Notes under the pieces: generated by a model | Databases searched by the model: none | What the model was told of the DNA's origin: nothing | Seen by the model: the letters and a program-made list of their open reading frames with translations, nothing else | Shown here: positions 32,742 through 41,548 of the stretch, one piece after another | Layout of the letters: each line of letters begins with the position of its first letter | Numbering within the stretch: the stretch's first letter is position 1 | Program-made: the position numbers and the translations under genes | Virus record (IMG/VR): IMGVR_UViG_3300036792_000197 | Location: 1 to 53,138 of that record | DNA: 53,138 nucleotides | Reading direction: 5' to 3' (one strand) | From: a virus | Lineage: Duplodnaviria; Caudoviricetes

Positions 32742-34783
32742 ACCTCCCGCTGCCTGATCACCCGGTGCAGGTCGTCCAGGTCGAGCGTCGGGACGTTGCC
32801 CGGGTTCGTCGTCGGCACGCCCGCGGCCATCAGCAGCTTGCGCAGCTGCACGCCCGTCAGCCCCCGGTACTCGCCCCATGACGGCGCGAGGTTGTGCAGC
32901 AGGTCCGGCAGCTCCGACACCCGTACCTTGCCGGTGCGGTGCGCCGTGACCGTGTCCAGGTCTGCCAGCAGGTCCCGCGACACGATCGCCAGCGGGTGCT
33001 CAGTGCCGGGCACCGGAAGGTCCCGTTCCGCCAGTGCCGTTATGGCACGCTGGACGATCGGCGGCACCTGCGGAGTGTCGACGCGGTACGCCTGGATCAT
33101 CTCCGACCGCGCCTCGCCGGCGAATCCCTTGCACAGCGCGATGCCCCGGTCGGTGCCAGGGATCAGCTCGGTTGCCCGGTGGCCGGCCGAGTGCGCGCCC
33201 GGGCCGAGAATCGCGTCATTGGCGTAGATGTCCGCCAGCGCGTACGCCACGCCGACCGTGCAGTTCGTGGTGACGTCCCGCGGCATCGACCCGCGAACCG
33301 GCGCCTGCGTGCTGACCTTGATGTGCACGCCGCGCTTGCGGTCCAGTTTGACGTTTTCGCCGAGCAACTGCGCGAAGTCCTTGCCGAACTTGCGGTGGGT
33401 GATCGGCACGTGTGCCTCTTCGACCAGCACGAACACCGGGTGCAGTCCCACGCCCGCGTGCGCGATCTCCCTGGTGACCTCCTGGACGCCGTAGTCGACG
33501 AGCAGCTGCCCGCGGCGCTGCAGCTCCTCCTTTAGCAGTTCCTGCTCTTCGAGCATCCGCTCGATGACCTCGTCCTCTGCGCCCATCAGGTAGCGCGAGC
33601 AGCGCGGCTTGAAGGCCTCGAAGTCGAAGTTGGTGTCCGGCACGTAGATTCGGACCTCGGTGACGATGTCGAGCGTGTAACCGCAGGCCACGACGCGCGC
33701 GCCGTTGCTCTTGCCCTGCTCGGGCATCCCGCCGTCGATTGAGTTCCGGCCGATGACCGGGATATAAGCCAGGTCGCCTTTCAGTGTGCGGCCGAACGGC
33801 AGCCCCTTGAAGACGTCGGTGAAGCCCTCGGTAAGTAGCGGGTACGGTCCCGCTCCCTCTTCGAGCGCGCCCTTGTCGGCGATCCAGGTCTTGAGGATCG
33901 CGGCCTCGCTGCCGACCGACGGCCACACTTCCTTGGCGGCCCGGTGGACGCCGGCGGCGTAGTCGGCGCGGCGGCGCACTACCTTCTCGGCCGCCAGGCC
34001 CGGCAGCCGGATCTCCGAGTAGGTGCCGCGCCCTTCCTGCCGGCAGGAGACGACGAACTGAAGCGGCGCGCCCGCCTTCAGGTAGTCGGTGATCTGCGGG
34101 AAACGCATGTTCTTCAGGGCGTTCGTCAGCAGCAGCTCGGTGATCTCGTGGTCGACGTCGGCGTCGGCCGCGGTGCGCGCCCACAGCGGCGCGAGGCTGC
34201 CGCCGCGGCGGCCAGCCGTATACAGCACGGCTACGACAATGAACGGCCCGGCGATGACGCCGATATGCGTGATGGTCCTCGCGTCGCGGATCAGCGCGGC
34301 GGCCAGGTCGAAGAGCGCCGCGGGGTTGCCGAGCGCCCAGCCGCCCAGCAGCATCAGGATCACCGCGGCGAACAGCAGCCAGTGAATGTTCCTGGCCACC
34401 TCGATCAGCATGCCGACCCGGCCGCGGGTCCGCTCATGGCGCCGGTGCCGCTCGTCGGCCGCGTTCTTCAGCAGCAAAGCGGCCTTGTCGGCCTCGCCCT
34501 GCGCGGCGTACTGGTGCGCCATCCGCTCGGCGAGGGTGCGCCCCTGGCGCCTGCTGCGGGCCAGCACGACCGCGCCCGCGGCAACGTAGCTGGCGTGGCG
34601 GGCGACCGCCTTCGTGTGCGGGTGCGTGACCACGACCGTGACCGTCTGGAAAACCTGGATGACGACGGGCCGCGGTGCCTCCTGCTCGTCGACGATCTCG
34701 CCGAGCGGCGGCAGCTCGGCGACCACGCCCGTGACCACCTCGGCCACCTCGGCGTCGTCCGGCACGGCGGGCAGCCTGCTCAT
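32735..34783 (-). CDS. FtsK/SpoIIIE-family DNA translocase of the actinomycete TraB/TraSA type
   Basis: Two N-terminal TM segments; Walker A GGMPEQGKS; Walker B VLVEEAH; RKRGV...STQ; AILG...AGHRATEL; C-terminal wHTH-sized domain; ATGA-coupled start at 34783. Confidence 0.85.
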   Translation of the reverse strand: MSRLPAVPDDAEVAEVVTGVVAELPPLGEIVDEQEAPRPVVIQVFQTVTVVVTHPHTKAVARHASYVAAGAVVLARSRRQGRTLAERMAHQYAAQGEADKAALLLKNAADERHRRHERTRGRVGMLIEVARNIHWLLFAAVILMLLGGWALGNPAALFDLAAALIRDARTITHIGVIAGPFIVVAVLYTAGRRGGSLAPLWARTAADADVDHEITELLLTNALKNMRFPQITDYLKAGAPLQFVVSCRQEGRGTYSEIRLPGLAAEKVVRRRADYAAGVHRAAKEVWPSVGSEAAILKTWIADKGALEEGAGPYPLLTEGFTDVFKGLPFGRTLKGDLAYIPVIGRNSIDGGMPEQGKSNGARVVACGYTLDIVTEVRIYVPDTNFDFEAFKPRCSRYLMGAEDEVIERMLEEQELLKEELQRRGQLLVDYGVQEVTREIAHAGVGLHPVFVLVEEAHVPITHRKFGKDFAQLLGENVKLDRKRGVHIKVSTQAPVRGSMPRDVTTNCTVGVAYALADIYANDAILGPGAHSAGHRATELIPGTDRGIALCKGFAGEARSEMIQAYRVDTPQVPPIVQRAITALAERDLPVPGTEHPLAIVSRDLLADLDTVTAHRTGKVRVSELPDLLHNLAPSWGEYRGLTGVQLRKLLMAAGVPTTNPGNVPTLDLDDLHRVIRQREVS

Positions 34784-34941
34784 GTCCACGACAGGACCCC
34801 CTCGCGCTGCAGCCGCTGGCAGCGCTGGTAAACCGCCCCGGCTGCGGCGACGGTGACGACCGCGGCGGCCACCATGGCACCGTGGACGCCAAGCAGCGCC
34901 AGGGCGAAACCGAGGACGGCCAGGACAGTGCGGGCGCTCAT
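34780..34941 (-). CDS. Small membrane protein (Spd-like accessory)
   Basis: 53 aa, hydrophobic, ATGA-coupled to traB-like gene. Confidence 0.65.
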   Translation of the reverse strand: MSARTVLAVLGFALALLGVHGAMVAAAVVTVAAAGAVYQRCQRLQREGVLSWT

Positions 34942-35114
34942 GATGCCGGCCCTCCTGGCGCGCAGGTCCACATGTAGTGCTGGTGGCTCGGCATGCGCTG
35001 CGCTGTCTGCCCGGTGGCGCATTTCGGCTTCGGCGTGCACGAGGTGTCAACCGGCAGGATGCCAAGGGCCGCCAGGACTGCCACGGTGAGCCAGCGGCTG
35101 GCGCGGGCGCTCAT
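34938..35114 (-). CDS. Small secreted/lipoprotein-like Cys protein
   Basis: MSARASRWLTVAVLAALGILPVDTSC...C...C; ATGA overlaps on both sides; absent from the ORF track (58 aa). Confidence 0.55.
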   Translation of the reverse strand: MSARASRWLTVAVLAALGILPVDTSCTPKPKCATGQTAQRMPSHQHYMWTCAPGGPAS

Positions 35115-35800
35115 GCCGACGCCCCGTTCATCGACGCGTAGCGGATCGGCTCGGGCGTCTCGGGCTCGTCCTCGGCGCCATCGTCTGCCACGGCCATGAC
35201 GACCTGGCGGACGATCTCGTTGTGGACGCTGAGCACAAGACCGATTCCCCGGTAGGTTGGGTTACCGCCGAGGCAGTCCTTGGAGTGGAACCAGAGGTCG
35301 CGGATCCGGCCGTCGCGGTCCTCTGCCACCCCGTGCCCGCATCCGACGGTCACGGTGACGGTGTTCGCCACCCGCTCGCCAGCCCGCGCCTTCAGCCACC
35401 GCTCGAACAGGAAGCTCGAGCAGGCGAATACCTGTGCCGCGACCGCGGCTATGACTGCGTCCCTGCGGCCGTAGATGATCCCGGATTCCCAGTTCGCGTA
35501 CAGCGACTCGAGCACGCCGGGCACGACGCCGATCAGCCCGAGCCAGGACTGCCACCCGGTCGCGACCAGGAAGAACACTGAGCCGATGACGATCTGGCCG
35601 TCGATGGCCAGCGGGATGATGTGAGCGGTTTTCCACGACTGGTGCGCTTGCAGCAGCAGTGCGCTGATGTGCGTATAGGAGACGAACCCGGTGCCGCCGA
35701 CCACGACGGCGAAGGCGGCGCCGATCGCCAGCGTGGCGCCTATCCCGGGGTGACTCCGGGTGGCGCTAGCGATGCGGGTGGGGAAATCGGTAAGGTCCAC
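35111..35800 (-). CDS. DUF2637-like membrane protein of actinomycete conjugative elements
   Basis: SYTHI..L.......AHIIPLAIDG motif, four TM segments, HTH-like C-terminus. Confidence 0.8.
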   Translation of the reverse strand: MDLTDFPTRIASATRSHPGIGATLAIGAAFAVVVGGTGFVSYTHISALLLQAHQSWKTAHIIPLAIDGQIVIGSVFFLVATGWQSWLGLIGVVPGVLESLYANWESGIIYGRRDAVIAAVAAQVFACSSFLFERWLKARAGERVANTVTVTVGCGHGVAEDRDGRIRDLWFHSKDCLGGNPTYRGIGLVLSVHNEIVRQVVMAVADDGAEDEPETPEPIRYASMNGASA

Positions 35801-35939
35801 GTGGGCCTCTTCCTGGTTGAGTCAGGTTGTAGGTGAGGGCTCTGCCCCCGGGTCGTCAGGTTGGTTCGCTGCCACCTGGCGGCCCGCCGTCGTTTCTGGC
35901 GGTTCCTGGCACTACCATACGACGCTCTGCCGTGCGTTG

Positions 35940-35959
35940 CATAGCGGTGCACCGCTATG
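35940..35959. promoter_or_regulatory. Perfect 20-bp palindrome in the divergent promoter region (candidate GntR operator)
   Basis: CATAGCGGTG|CACCGCTATG between the transfer operon and gntR1. Confidence 0.7.
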
Positions 35960-36000
35960 GGGATATTTGCTCTGCTGGGGGAAGTGGTTCAGTGCTGCGC

Positions 36001-36222
36001 ATGGCAGAGATCGGCTACGAGTGGCAGCGCGTGGCGGGCGACATCCTGCGGCGCATCGACAGCGGCGAGCTGCCGCCCGGCTCGATGCTCCGCGGCGAGC
36101 GGGCCCTCGCGGAAGAGTACGGCGTGAGCGTCGACACGATCCGCCGCGCTACGAAGTACCTGCGTGAGGAAGGGCGCGTCGTCACCCTGCCGGCCAAGGG
36201 CACGTTCGTGGCCGAGGGCTAA
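36001..36222 (+). CDS. GntR-family wHTH regulator (DNA-binding domain only)
   Basis: I..GELPPG..L..ERALAEEYGVS..TIRRA...L..EG.V......GTFV. Confidence 0.92.
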   Translation: MAEIGYEWQRVAGDILRRIDSGELPPGSMLRGERALAEEYGVSVDTIRRATKYLREEGRVVTLPAKGTFVAEG

Positions 36223-36300
36223 CGACCGCTCCGGGGTGTACCCGGGCGTGCCCGTCACTGCACAGGGACCGCCGGGAGTGCCCGCGTAGCGTCACGCGCC

Positions 36301-36564
36301 ATGGAGGACGACGACGAGGCACCGCGGGCCGTCAGCCGCGGCGCGGCCTACGCCTACCGTCAGGTCGCCGACGACATCGCGGCCCGGGTCCGCGCGGGCG
36401 AGTGGCCGTTCGACGCACGGCTGCCCGGCCGGGAGGAGCTGGCGGCCGAGTACGGCGTCGCCGAGCGGACGGTGCGGCGCGCGATGCAGGTGCTCGAGGC
36501 AGAGGGGATCGTCGTCGTCGTTCCGGCCAAGGGCGTCTATGTAACATGGGCAGTCCACAAGTAG
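36301..36564 (+). CDS. Second GntR-family wHTH regulator (DNA-binding domain only)
   Basis: YRQVADDI..R...GEW....RLP...ELAAEYGVA..TVRRA..VL..EG......KGVYV. Confidence 0.92.
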   Translation: MEDDDEAPRAVSRGAAYAYRQVADDIAARVRAGEWPFDARLPGREELAAEYGVAERTVRRAMQVLEAEGIVVVVPAKGVYVTWAVHK

Positions 36565-36765
36565 TGCACATGAGCACCCCGCGAACCCCCGTATCAGCCC
36601 GTAGCTACCCGTAGTAAAGTGCGCAGGCCGAAGGCAGGAAACGAACGCGCATTCCTGCTGCCAGCACCCCCGCACTGACATGCCGAGACAGTACCATCCG
36701 GCCATCTAGCTGGCAGCACCGCTAAACCGGGCCCGCCTGGTGCACATCGGGTGCACTCGCGGGCG
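36565..36765. promoter_or_regulatory. Candidate attP region
   Basis: Gap at the 3' end of int; CCCGTA x3 at 10-bp period (36588, 36598, 36608); GTGCAC repeats on both sides; core not identified. Confidence 0.5.
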
Positions 36766-38059
36766 CCCCGGAGAAGAACGAGTCGACCGCCGCGCGGCCG
36801 TCGTCGTCGCTTCCGCCCGGCATCATGTGCGCGTAGATACCGACCACCGTCTTGACGCTGTCGCCGATCCACGACGCTACCCGGACCACGTCCCGCCCGG
36901 CCCGCAGCTGCGTGCTCACGAACGTGTGCCGCAGCGCGTGGAGGCCGTCGTCGCGCGGCCGGCCATCCTCCGGCGTCACCCCGGCCCGTTTCGCCGCCCG
37001 CCGCCACAGGTTGTTCAGCGACGTCCCGCGCACCGGCCGCCCGCCCGGCGAGGTGACCAGCAGCCGCACCGTCAGCGGCTTGCCGTGCCGCTCCCGGTCG
37101 GCCGGGTCGTGCCATGGCAGCGTCACCGACGCGGCGGGGAACTCGCCGAGGTGCCGCTGAAGGCGGCGCTTCGTCTCCGGCGACAGCGGGGCACTGTGCG
37201 GCTTGCGGTTCTTCAGCGGGCCGAACCACAGCTTGCCGTCCACGTACTTGAGCTGGCGCACCACCCGTACCCGCGGGTCGTCGCGCTTCAGCCAGTCGAC
37301 GTCATCGATACCCAGGCCGAGCATCTCGCCCTGGCGCATGCCCGTGCCCGCGCCCAGGTCGAGCAGGACGCGGTATCGGTCGGGCAGCTGCCCGCGCATC
37401 GCCTCGAGCTGCTCGAGCGACCACGGGCGCGCGAGGTGCTCGCCGACCTTCGGCCACTCCACCGACGGGACGCGGGTGGGGTCGCGCATCACGATGCCGT
37501 CGCCGATCGCCATCCGGAAGACGTAGGACACGTCGCCCATCACGTGCCGGGCCCGGATCGCCGACAGGGGGATCGCCGTCGCCCACGCCGAGGTGATGCT
37601 CGGCTGCGCGGCGAGCAGGCTCATGGCGTGCTGGCCGATAGACGGCGCCCCCGTAGGCGTCCTCCCGCTGCCAGCCTCGCCCTCGTACACGTGCAGCCGC
37701 AGCCGCAGCTCCAGGTCGGCGGCGGTCTCCGGGTTGGGGATCTTCCGCGCCGCCCGCAGCTGCTCGGCGTACCGCTGCAGGGTGACCTCCCCGGCGCGCG
37801 GGTCGACGTAGGTCCGCGTCAGGATCGCCGCGGCGACGACCTTGTCGTATGCCTCGGCGTGGAGCTCCGGGTCGGCGCCGTCGCGCAGCGCGAAGTTCCG
37901 CGCCCGCTGCTTCCCGGTCGCCGGGTCGCGCCAGCGCACCTGCCAGCGGTCGCCCTTCAGGTGACGGGTGCCCGGGTAGAGCTTGTTCCGGCCGCGGCCG
38001 CACTTGCACGGCTGGTCGCCTGCGTCCGGGTCCTTGTGCCAGCGGTCGTAGACGCCCAT
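36722..38059 (-). CDS. int: Tyrosine integrase
   Basis: RWQVRW arm domain; TGMRQGE (R), LK (K), HALRH, IYAH (Y); AGGAG RBS before ATG 38059. Confidence 0.93.
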   Translation of the reverse strand: MGVYDRWHKDPDAGDQPCKCGRGRNKLYPGTRHLKGDRWQVRWRDPATGKQRARNFALRDGADPELHAEAYDKVVAAAILTRTYVDPRAGEVTLQRYAEQLRAARKIPNPETAADLELRLRLHVYEGEAGSGRTPTGAPSIGQHAMSLLAAQPSITSAWATAIPLSAIRARHVMGDVSYVFRMAIGDGIVMRDPTRVPSVEWPKVGEHLARPWSLEQLEAMRGQLPDRYRVLLDLGAGTGMRQGEMLGLGIDDVDWLKRDDPRVRVVRQLKYVDGKLWFGPLKNRKPHSAPLSPETKRRLQRHLGEFPAASVTLPWHDPADRERHGKPLTVRLLVTSPGGRPVRGTSLNNLWRRAAKRAGVTPEDGRPRDDGLHALRHTFVSTQLRAGRDVVRVASWIGDSVKTVVGIYAHMMPGGSDDDGRAAVDSFFSGAPASAPDVHQAGPV

Positions 38060-38233
38060 GGTGCTCCTGAAGACGATGTGACTGGGGTGTACCCGGGTGC
38101 ACCCGGGAGCTGCGGAAAATCCCACAGGAGAACTATTGCAACAGGCAAGTAACGGGGAGTAGTTTAACGATTCCCGTATAAATCTGTGGGAATTTTCGGT
38201 AAAACCGTAGTTGGACCGTAGGGGGGGCTTGTA

Positions 38234-38545
38234 ATGGCGCAAGTTAAAGTTGTTTCTGTTGTTTCGAGGATTGCTGCTGTTGTCTTCTGGTGTCTTGCAT
38301 TGGTCACCCTGTTTACCCCGTCGATGCAAGGCGGCGGCCGCATGGTCCTCGCCGCGGTCCTGGCGGGAACGGCCACCGTCGTCGCGGCGCTCGCCTGGCT
38401 GGAGCAGCAGCGCGACGACCGCGGCGGCGACACGCTGAAGCAGGTAACCGACGAGTACCGGCGGCGGGAGGCCGCGCTTATCAGGACGTTCGCCTATCTC
38501 GCCGAGGCTCCGGCACAGCCGCAACGTCACCTGCACCGCGCCTAG
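38234..38545 (+). CDS. Two-TM membrane protein in a low-GC patch between int and the repressor
   Basis: GGGGGG RBS; hydrophobic N-terminal half; AT-rich upstream region. Confidence 0.6.
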   Translation: MAQVKVVSVVSRIAAVVFWCLALVTLFTPSMQGGGRMVLAAVLAGTATVVAALAWLEQQRDDRGGDTLKQVTDEYRRREAALIRTFAYLAEAPAQPQRHLHRA

Positions 38546-38906
38546 GCGGCTCCGAAAGGGCCCGGTCCATCGCTTCCTCGAGAGCGCTGGACCGGCCCCG
38601 CAGCACTTCGCGCATATGGTCCTTGAGCCGTTCGAGCTCTTCGGGAGTCGGCATCTCCGGCTCTTCTTCGGGCACTTCTGACGCGATGCGTTCCATCTCG
38701 CCCGACGGCCAGCGGAGCGCCTCTTCGATCTTGGCGCGCGTGACCGCGATCGGCCAGCGGTGCCTGATCTCCAGGTTGTAGACGGTCTTCGGGTCAATCT
38801 TCGCCGCGGCGGCTAGTTCTGCGCGGTCCATGCCCAGTCCGCCGCGCCTCGCGGCTACCGCGAGGGCGGCGCGCTTCCGGCCGTCCGCGCGGCTGTCTGC
38901 TGCCAT
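38481..38906 (-). CDS. Immunity repressor (XRE HTH)
   Basis: RRGGLGMDRAELAAAAKIDPKTVYNLE...KIEEALRWPSG; divergent from cro. Confidence 0.85.
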   Translation of the reverse strand: MAADSRADGRKRAALAVAARRGGLGMDRAELAAAAKIDPKTVYNLEIRHRWPIAVTRAKIEEALRWPSGEMERIASEVPEEEPEMPTPEELERLKDHMREVLRGRSSALEEAMDRALSEPPRRGAGDVAAVPEPRRDRRTS

Positions 38907-39055
38907 GCCAACAGTTTGCGGGAATGTTAGGGCAATGGCAACGTTGCATAAAGTTCCCCTATGTTGCCTACTGGGACAGATGGATACCCGATTGTTCCCT
39001 GAGAAGGGAACGTTTCGCTTGACAGCGTTCCCTAACGTTCCCTAAAGTTCCCGGT
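38907..39055. promoter_or_regulatory. Lysis/lysogeny switch: divergent promoters with GTTCCC operator repeats
   Basis: TTGACA (39019)-18 bp-TAAAGT (39043) before ATG 39056; GTTCCC/GGGAAC repeated, three copies at 10-bp period. Confidence 0.8.
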
Positions 39056-39322
39056 ATGACCGAAGCACGGAACGGCGCGTCAGATCTCGCGGACCTTGTC
39101 CGCGCATCGCGGCTGCCGAGTGTCGCCGAGCGCAAGCGCATCCGCAAGGCGGCAGACGTCTCCCTCCAGCGGATGGCCGATGCCCTCGACGTCACCGCGC
39201 CGACCGTCCATCACTGGGAGAACGACCGCTACGGGCCGTCCCCGGAGAACGCGGTGAAGTACCGGAAGCTCCTCGAAGAGCTGGCCAAGGCTGCCGGGAC
39301 CGAGATCGCGGAGGCGTCCTGA
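39056..39322 (+). CDS. Cro-like XRE HTH protein
   Basis: IRKAADVSLQRMADALDVTAPTVHHWE. Confidence 0.85.
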   Translation: MTEARNGASDLADLVRASRLPSVAERKRIRKAADVSLQRMADALDVTAPTVHHWENDRYGPSPENAVKYRKLLEELAKAAGTEIAEAS

Positions 39323-39594
39323 TGGCCGCCGCCGGGACGTACCTGACGACGAAGGAACTGGCCGATCTCGCCGCCGAGGTGATCCGGCAGGCCCAGGTGC
39401 AGGCGCTTCCGACGAAGCACCTCACGCTGCAGCAGCTGGCCGACCGGCTCGGCATAAAGCTGCGCACCGCCGAGGACTGGCTGCTCGACGGCAAGCTGCC
39501 GCCGTCCATCCGCATCGGCCACACCCGCCGCTGGCGCCTGGTCGACATCGAGGAGTGGGAGGAATCCCACCTCGTCAGGCCGGCCGGAACTTAG
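39322..39594 (+). CDS. xis: Excisionase / AlpA-like HTH
   Basis: LTLQQLADRLGI..RT...W...GKLPPSIRIG..RRW...DIEEW. Confidence 0.75.
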   Translation: MAAAGTYLTTKELADLAAEVIRQAQVQALPTKHLTLQQLADRLGIKLRTAEDWLLDGKLPPSIRIGHTRRWRLVDIEEWEESHLVRPAGT

Positions 39595-39702
39595 CCAGGC
39601 AGCCCCCGCATGCACGCAGGGGCTGCCACGCATGGCAGGCGCAGACCTGCCGCCCGGCGGGAGAACGCCACGCCGGTCACATCAAGGTAACAGGAGAACG
39701 CA

Positions 39703-40119
39703 ATGCGAATCACCCGGCCGAACCCGGAACCGCGCGAAGACGGCGACTACTGCAGCTTCACGAACGGCGTCGCCTACGGCAAGCCGTACGGCTCGATCAA
39801 GCTCGACGACGCCGGTCACCTCCGCCTCGACGACATCACCCTTGACGACGCCCGGCGGCTCGCCAAGGCCGCGATGCGGATCGAGCAGGAACTGACCGCC
39901 GCTCACGCCCGGATGAAGGCCCCGCACGGCGGCGAGCACTTCTACCAGGGCACCTGCCAGCTGTGCGGCAAGCCGGAGGACGACGAGCTGCACGCCGAGC
40001 CCGAGCCGCTCAAGATCAGCGACTCGACGATCGCGGCGGCCGCGTACTTCGCCCAGCCCGGCAACACCGTGGACGACGTGCTCGCTGCCCAGCGCGCGGA
40101 CAAGTCGGTGGCGTCATGA
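39703..40119 (+). CDS. Hypothetical protein
   Basis: AGGAG RBS; H...CQLCG...H motif. Confidence 0.7.
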   Translation: MRITRPNPEPREDGDYCSFTNGVAYGKPYGSIKLDDAGHLRLDDITLDDARRLAKAAMRIEQELTAAHARMKAPHGGEHFYQGTCQLCGKPEDDELHAEPEPLKISDSTIAAAAYFAQPGNTVDDVLAAQRADKSVAS

Positions 40120-40280
40120 CCCGCCCCGCGCAGCTCCCGGTCACCGCGTGCCGCGAGCCGTGGCCGCAGGCCGCCGGCGTCTACTGCACCCGCCCGAAGG
40201 ACCACAGGGGCGGCCACAAGGACGAGAACCAGAACCAGTACTGGCCGGCCGAAGAGACGCTTCCGGCGGTGACCAAGTGA
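40116..40280 (+). CDS. Small Cys/His protein
   Basis: ATGA coupling; C...CTRPKDH.GGH...W. Confidence 0.6.
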   Translation: MTRPAQLPVTACREPWPQAAGVYCTRPKDHRGGHKDENQNQYWPAEETLPAVTK

Positions 40281-40900
40281 CCGCCTATGCCCCGCGCCAC
40301 GCGTTCAGCGTGGCCCGCCAGCTCCCTGAGCTTGAGACCGAGCGTGAGCCGTCCCGCGTCGTCCTGTTCTTCCGCCGCGCGATTGCGGCCGTGCGGTGGA
40401 GGAAGGCCGCCCCTGCCCCTGCTGTCCGGTGTGAGGCAGGGGCGGCCACGGCCCTACTCGGTGACCCCGTGCTCGGCGACCGGATGCTGTCCGACGTCCG
40501 CCGCGACTACGACACCGGCCAGCTCGCCGCGCTCCACCCCGCCGCCCACGGCCCGGAACGGCCCACCGTGCTGGAGCGCCCCGACGGGCAGGTCATCGTC
40601 GACGAGCACCACCACGTGCAGCTCCGCCCCGTCAACGGCAGGTCGCTCGGCACGCAGCCGCGACGCCAGCTCGACCCGGCGTTCCGCGAGGAGGAAGCAG
40701 CCGAGGCGCAGCGCTCCGGCTACGTGCGCTCGCAGATGGCCGGAGCCGTGGCCACGAACGACCCGGCGGTACTCCGCCAGGTGATCGCTGCGCTGAAGCG
40801 GCCCGAGCGCACGCCGACCGAGCCCGTGCCCGTCTACGGCGAGACGTGCGTCGCCAACGTGCTCGAAGCCGAGCGGCTGTCCGGGGAGCTGATCACGTGA
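40277..40900 (+). CDS. Hypothetical protein
   Basis: GTGA coupling at both ends. Confidence 0.6.
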   Translation: MTAYAPRHAFSVARQLPELETEREPSRVVLFFRRAIAAVRWRKAAPAPAVRCEAGAATALLGDPVLGDRMLSDVRRDYDTGQLAALHPAAHGPERPTVLERPDGQVIVDEHHHVQLRPVNGRSLGTQPRRQLDPAFREEEAAEAQRSGYVRSQMAGAVATNDPAVLRQVIAALKRPERTPTEPVPVYGETCVANVLEAERLSGELIT

Positions 40901-41160
40901 AGCTCAGCGACCGGCAGGCATTCGCCCTGCTCGCCCTCGACGGACTCCGTGCACCCGCAGGCGGCGCCGGCCTCGCCGCGCGGATGACGGCCATCGGCCG
41001 CGAGACCAGCGCCGCCGGAGCCCATCAGGCGGCTAACGGGCTCGTGAACAAGAAGCTGGCCATCAAGGGCTACCCGGCGGGCATCGAGTACATCCGCTAC
41101 GAGATCACCAACGAAGGCCGCAAGGTAGCTGCCGCGCTGCGCGAGGGGGCCGCCGAGTGA
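40897..41160 (+). CDS. Winged-helix DNA-binding protein
   Basis: MKLSDRQ...GLVNKKL...YEITNEGR. Confidence 0.7.
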   Translation: MKLSDRQAFALLALDGLRAPAGGAGLAARMTAIGRETSAAGAHQAANGLVNKKLAIKGYPAGIEYIRYEITNEGRKVAAALREGAAE

Positions 41161-41269
41161 ACGGATACAGCGCGATCGTGGCGCTCGCCCTGATCGAGGC
41201 CGCCGCCCGCACATACCAGGTCCACGCGGCCCGCAAGACGACAGAGGCACGCGCGAATGCGAGGCAGCA

Positions 41270-41548
41270 GTGAGCGCCGTCCACCTCGAGCACGACGGGC
41301 GGCCCGCGTGCCACACGCCCGCCCAAGTCACCCTCACCACCGACCGCGACGAGGCCACCTGCCGCAACTGCCTCAGCAGGTACCGGCCAGTCGGCTACCA
41401 GTGGCCCGACGTCAAGCCCTGCGGCACCACCGCCGCCTACCGGCGCCACCTCCGCCGCCACGGCGCACCGGTGCGCTGCGAGACGTGCCTCCAGGCCGAG
41501 CGGCGCCGGTGGGAAGACCGCAAGGCCAGATACGGGAAGGCAGCCTGA
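41270..41548 (+). CDS. Zn-binding protein
   Basis: TCRNC and PCGT.AAYRRH......CETC motif common in actinophages. Confidence 0.7.
   Translation: MSAVHLEHDGRPACHTPAQVTLTTDRDEATCRNCLSRYRPVGYQWPDVKPCGTTAAYRRHLRRHGAPVRCETCLQAERRRWEDRKARYGKAA

Noticed and set aside
34784-35065. 776-aa version of the FtsK/TraB ORF
   Set aside because: The extension overlaps two better coupled small genes; an ATGA-coupled start exists at 34783
30960-38059. Independent AICE inserted in the phage
   Set aside because: No second integrase, no Rep and no flanking att duplication seen; the single int belongs with the adjacent repressor/cro/xis
38060-38797. 691-aa integrase with long N-terminal extension
   Set aside because: The extension runs through the repressor and AT-rich spacer with non-coding character; RBS + ATG at 38059
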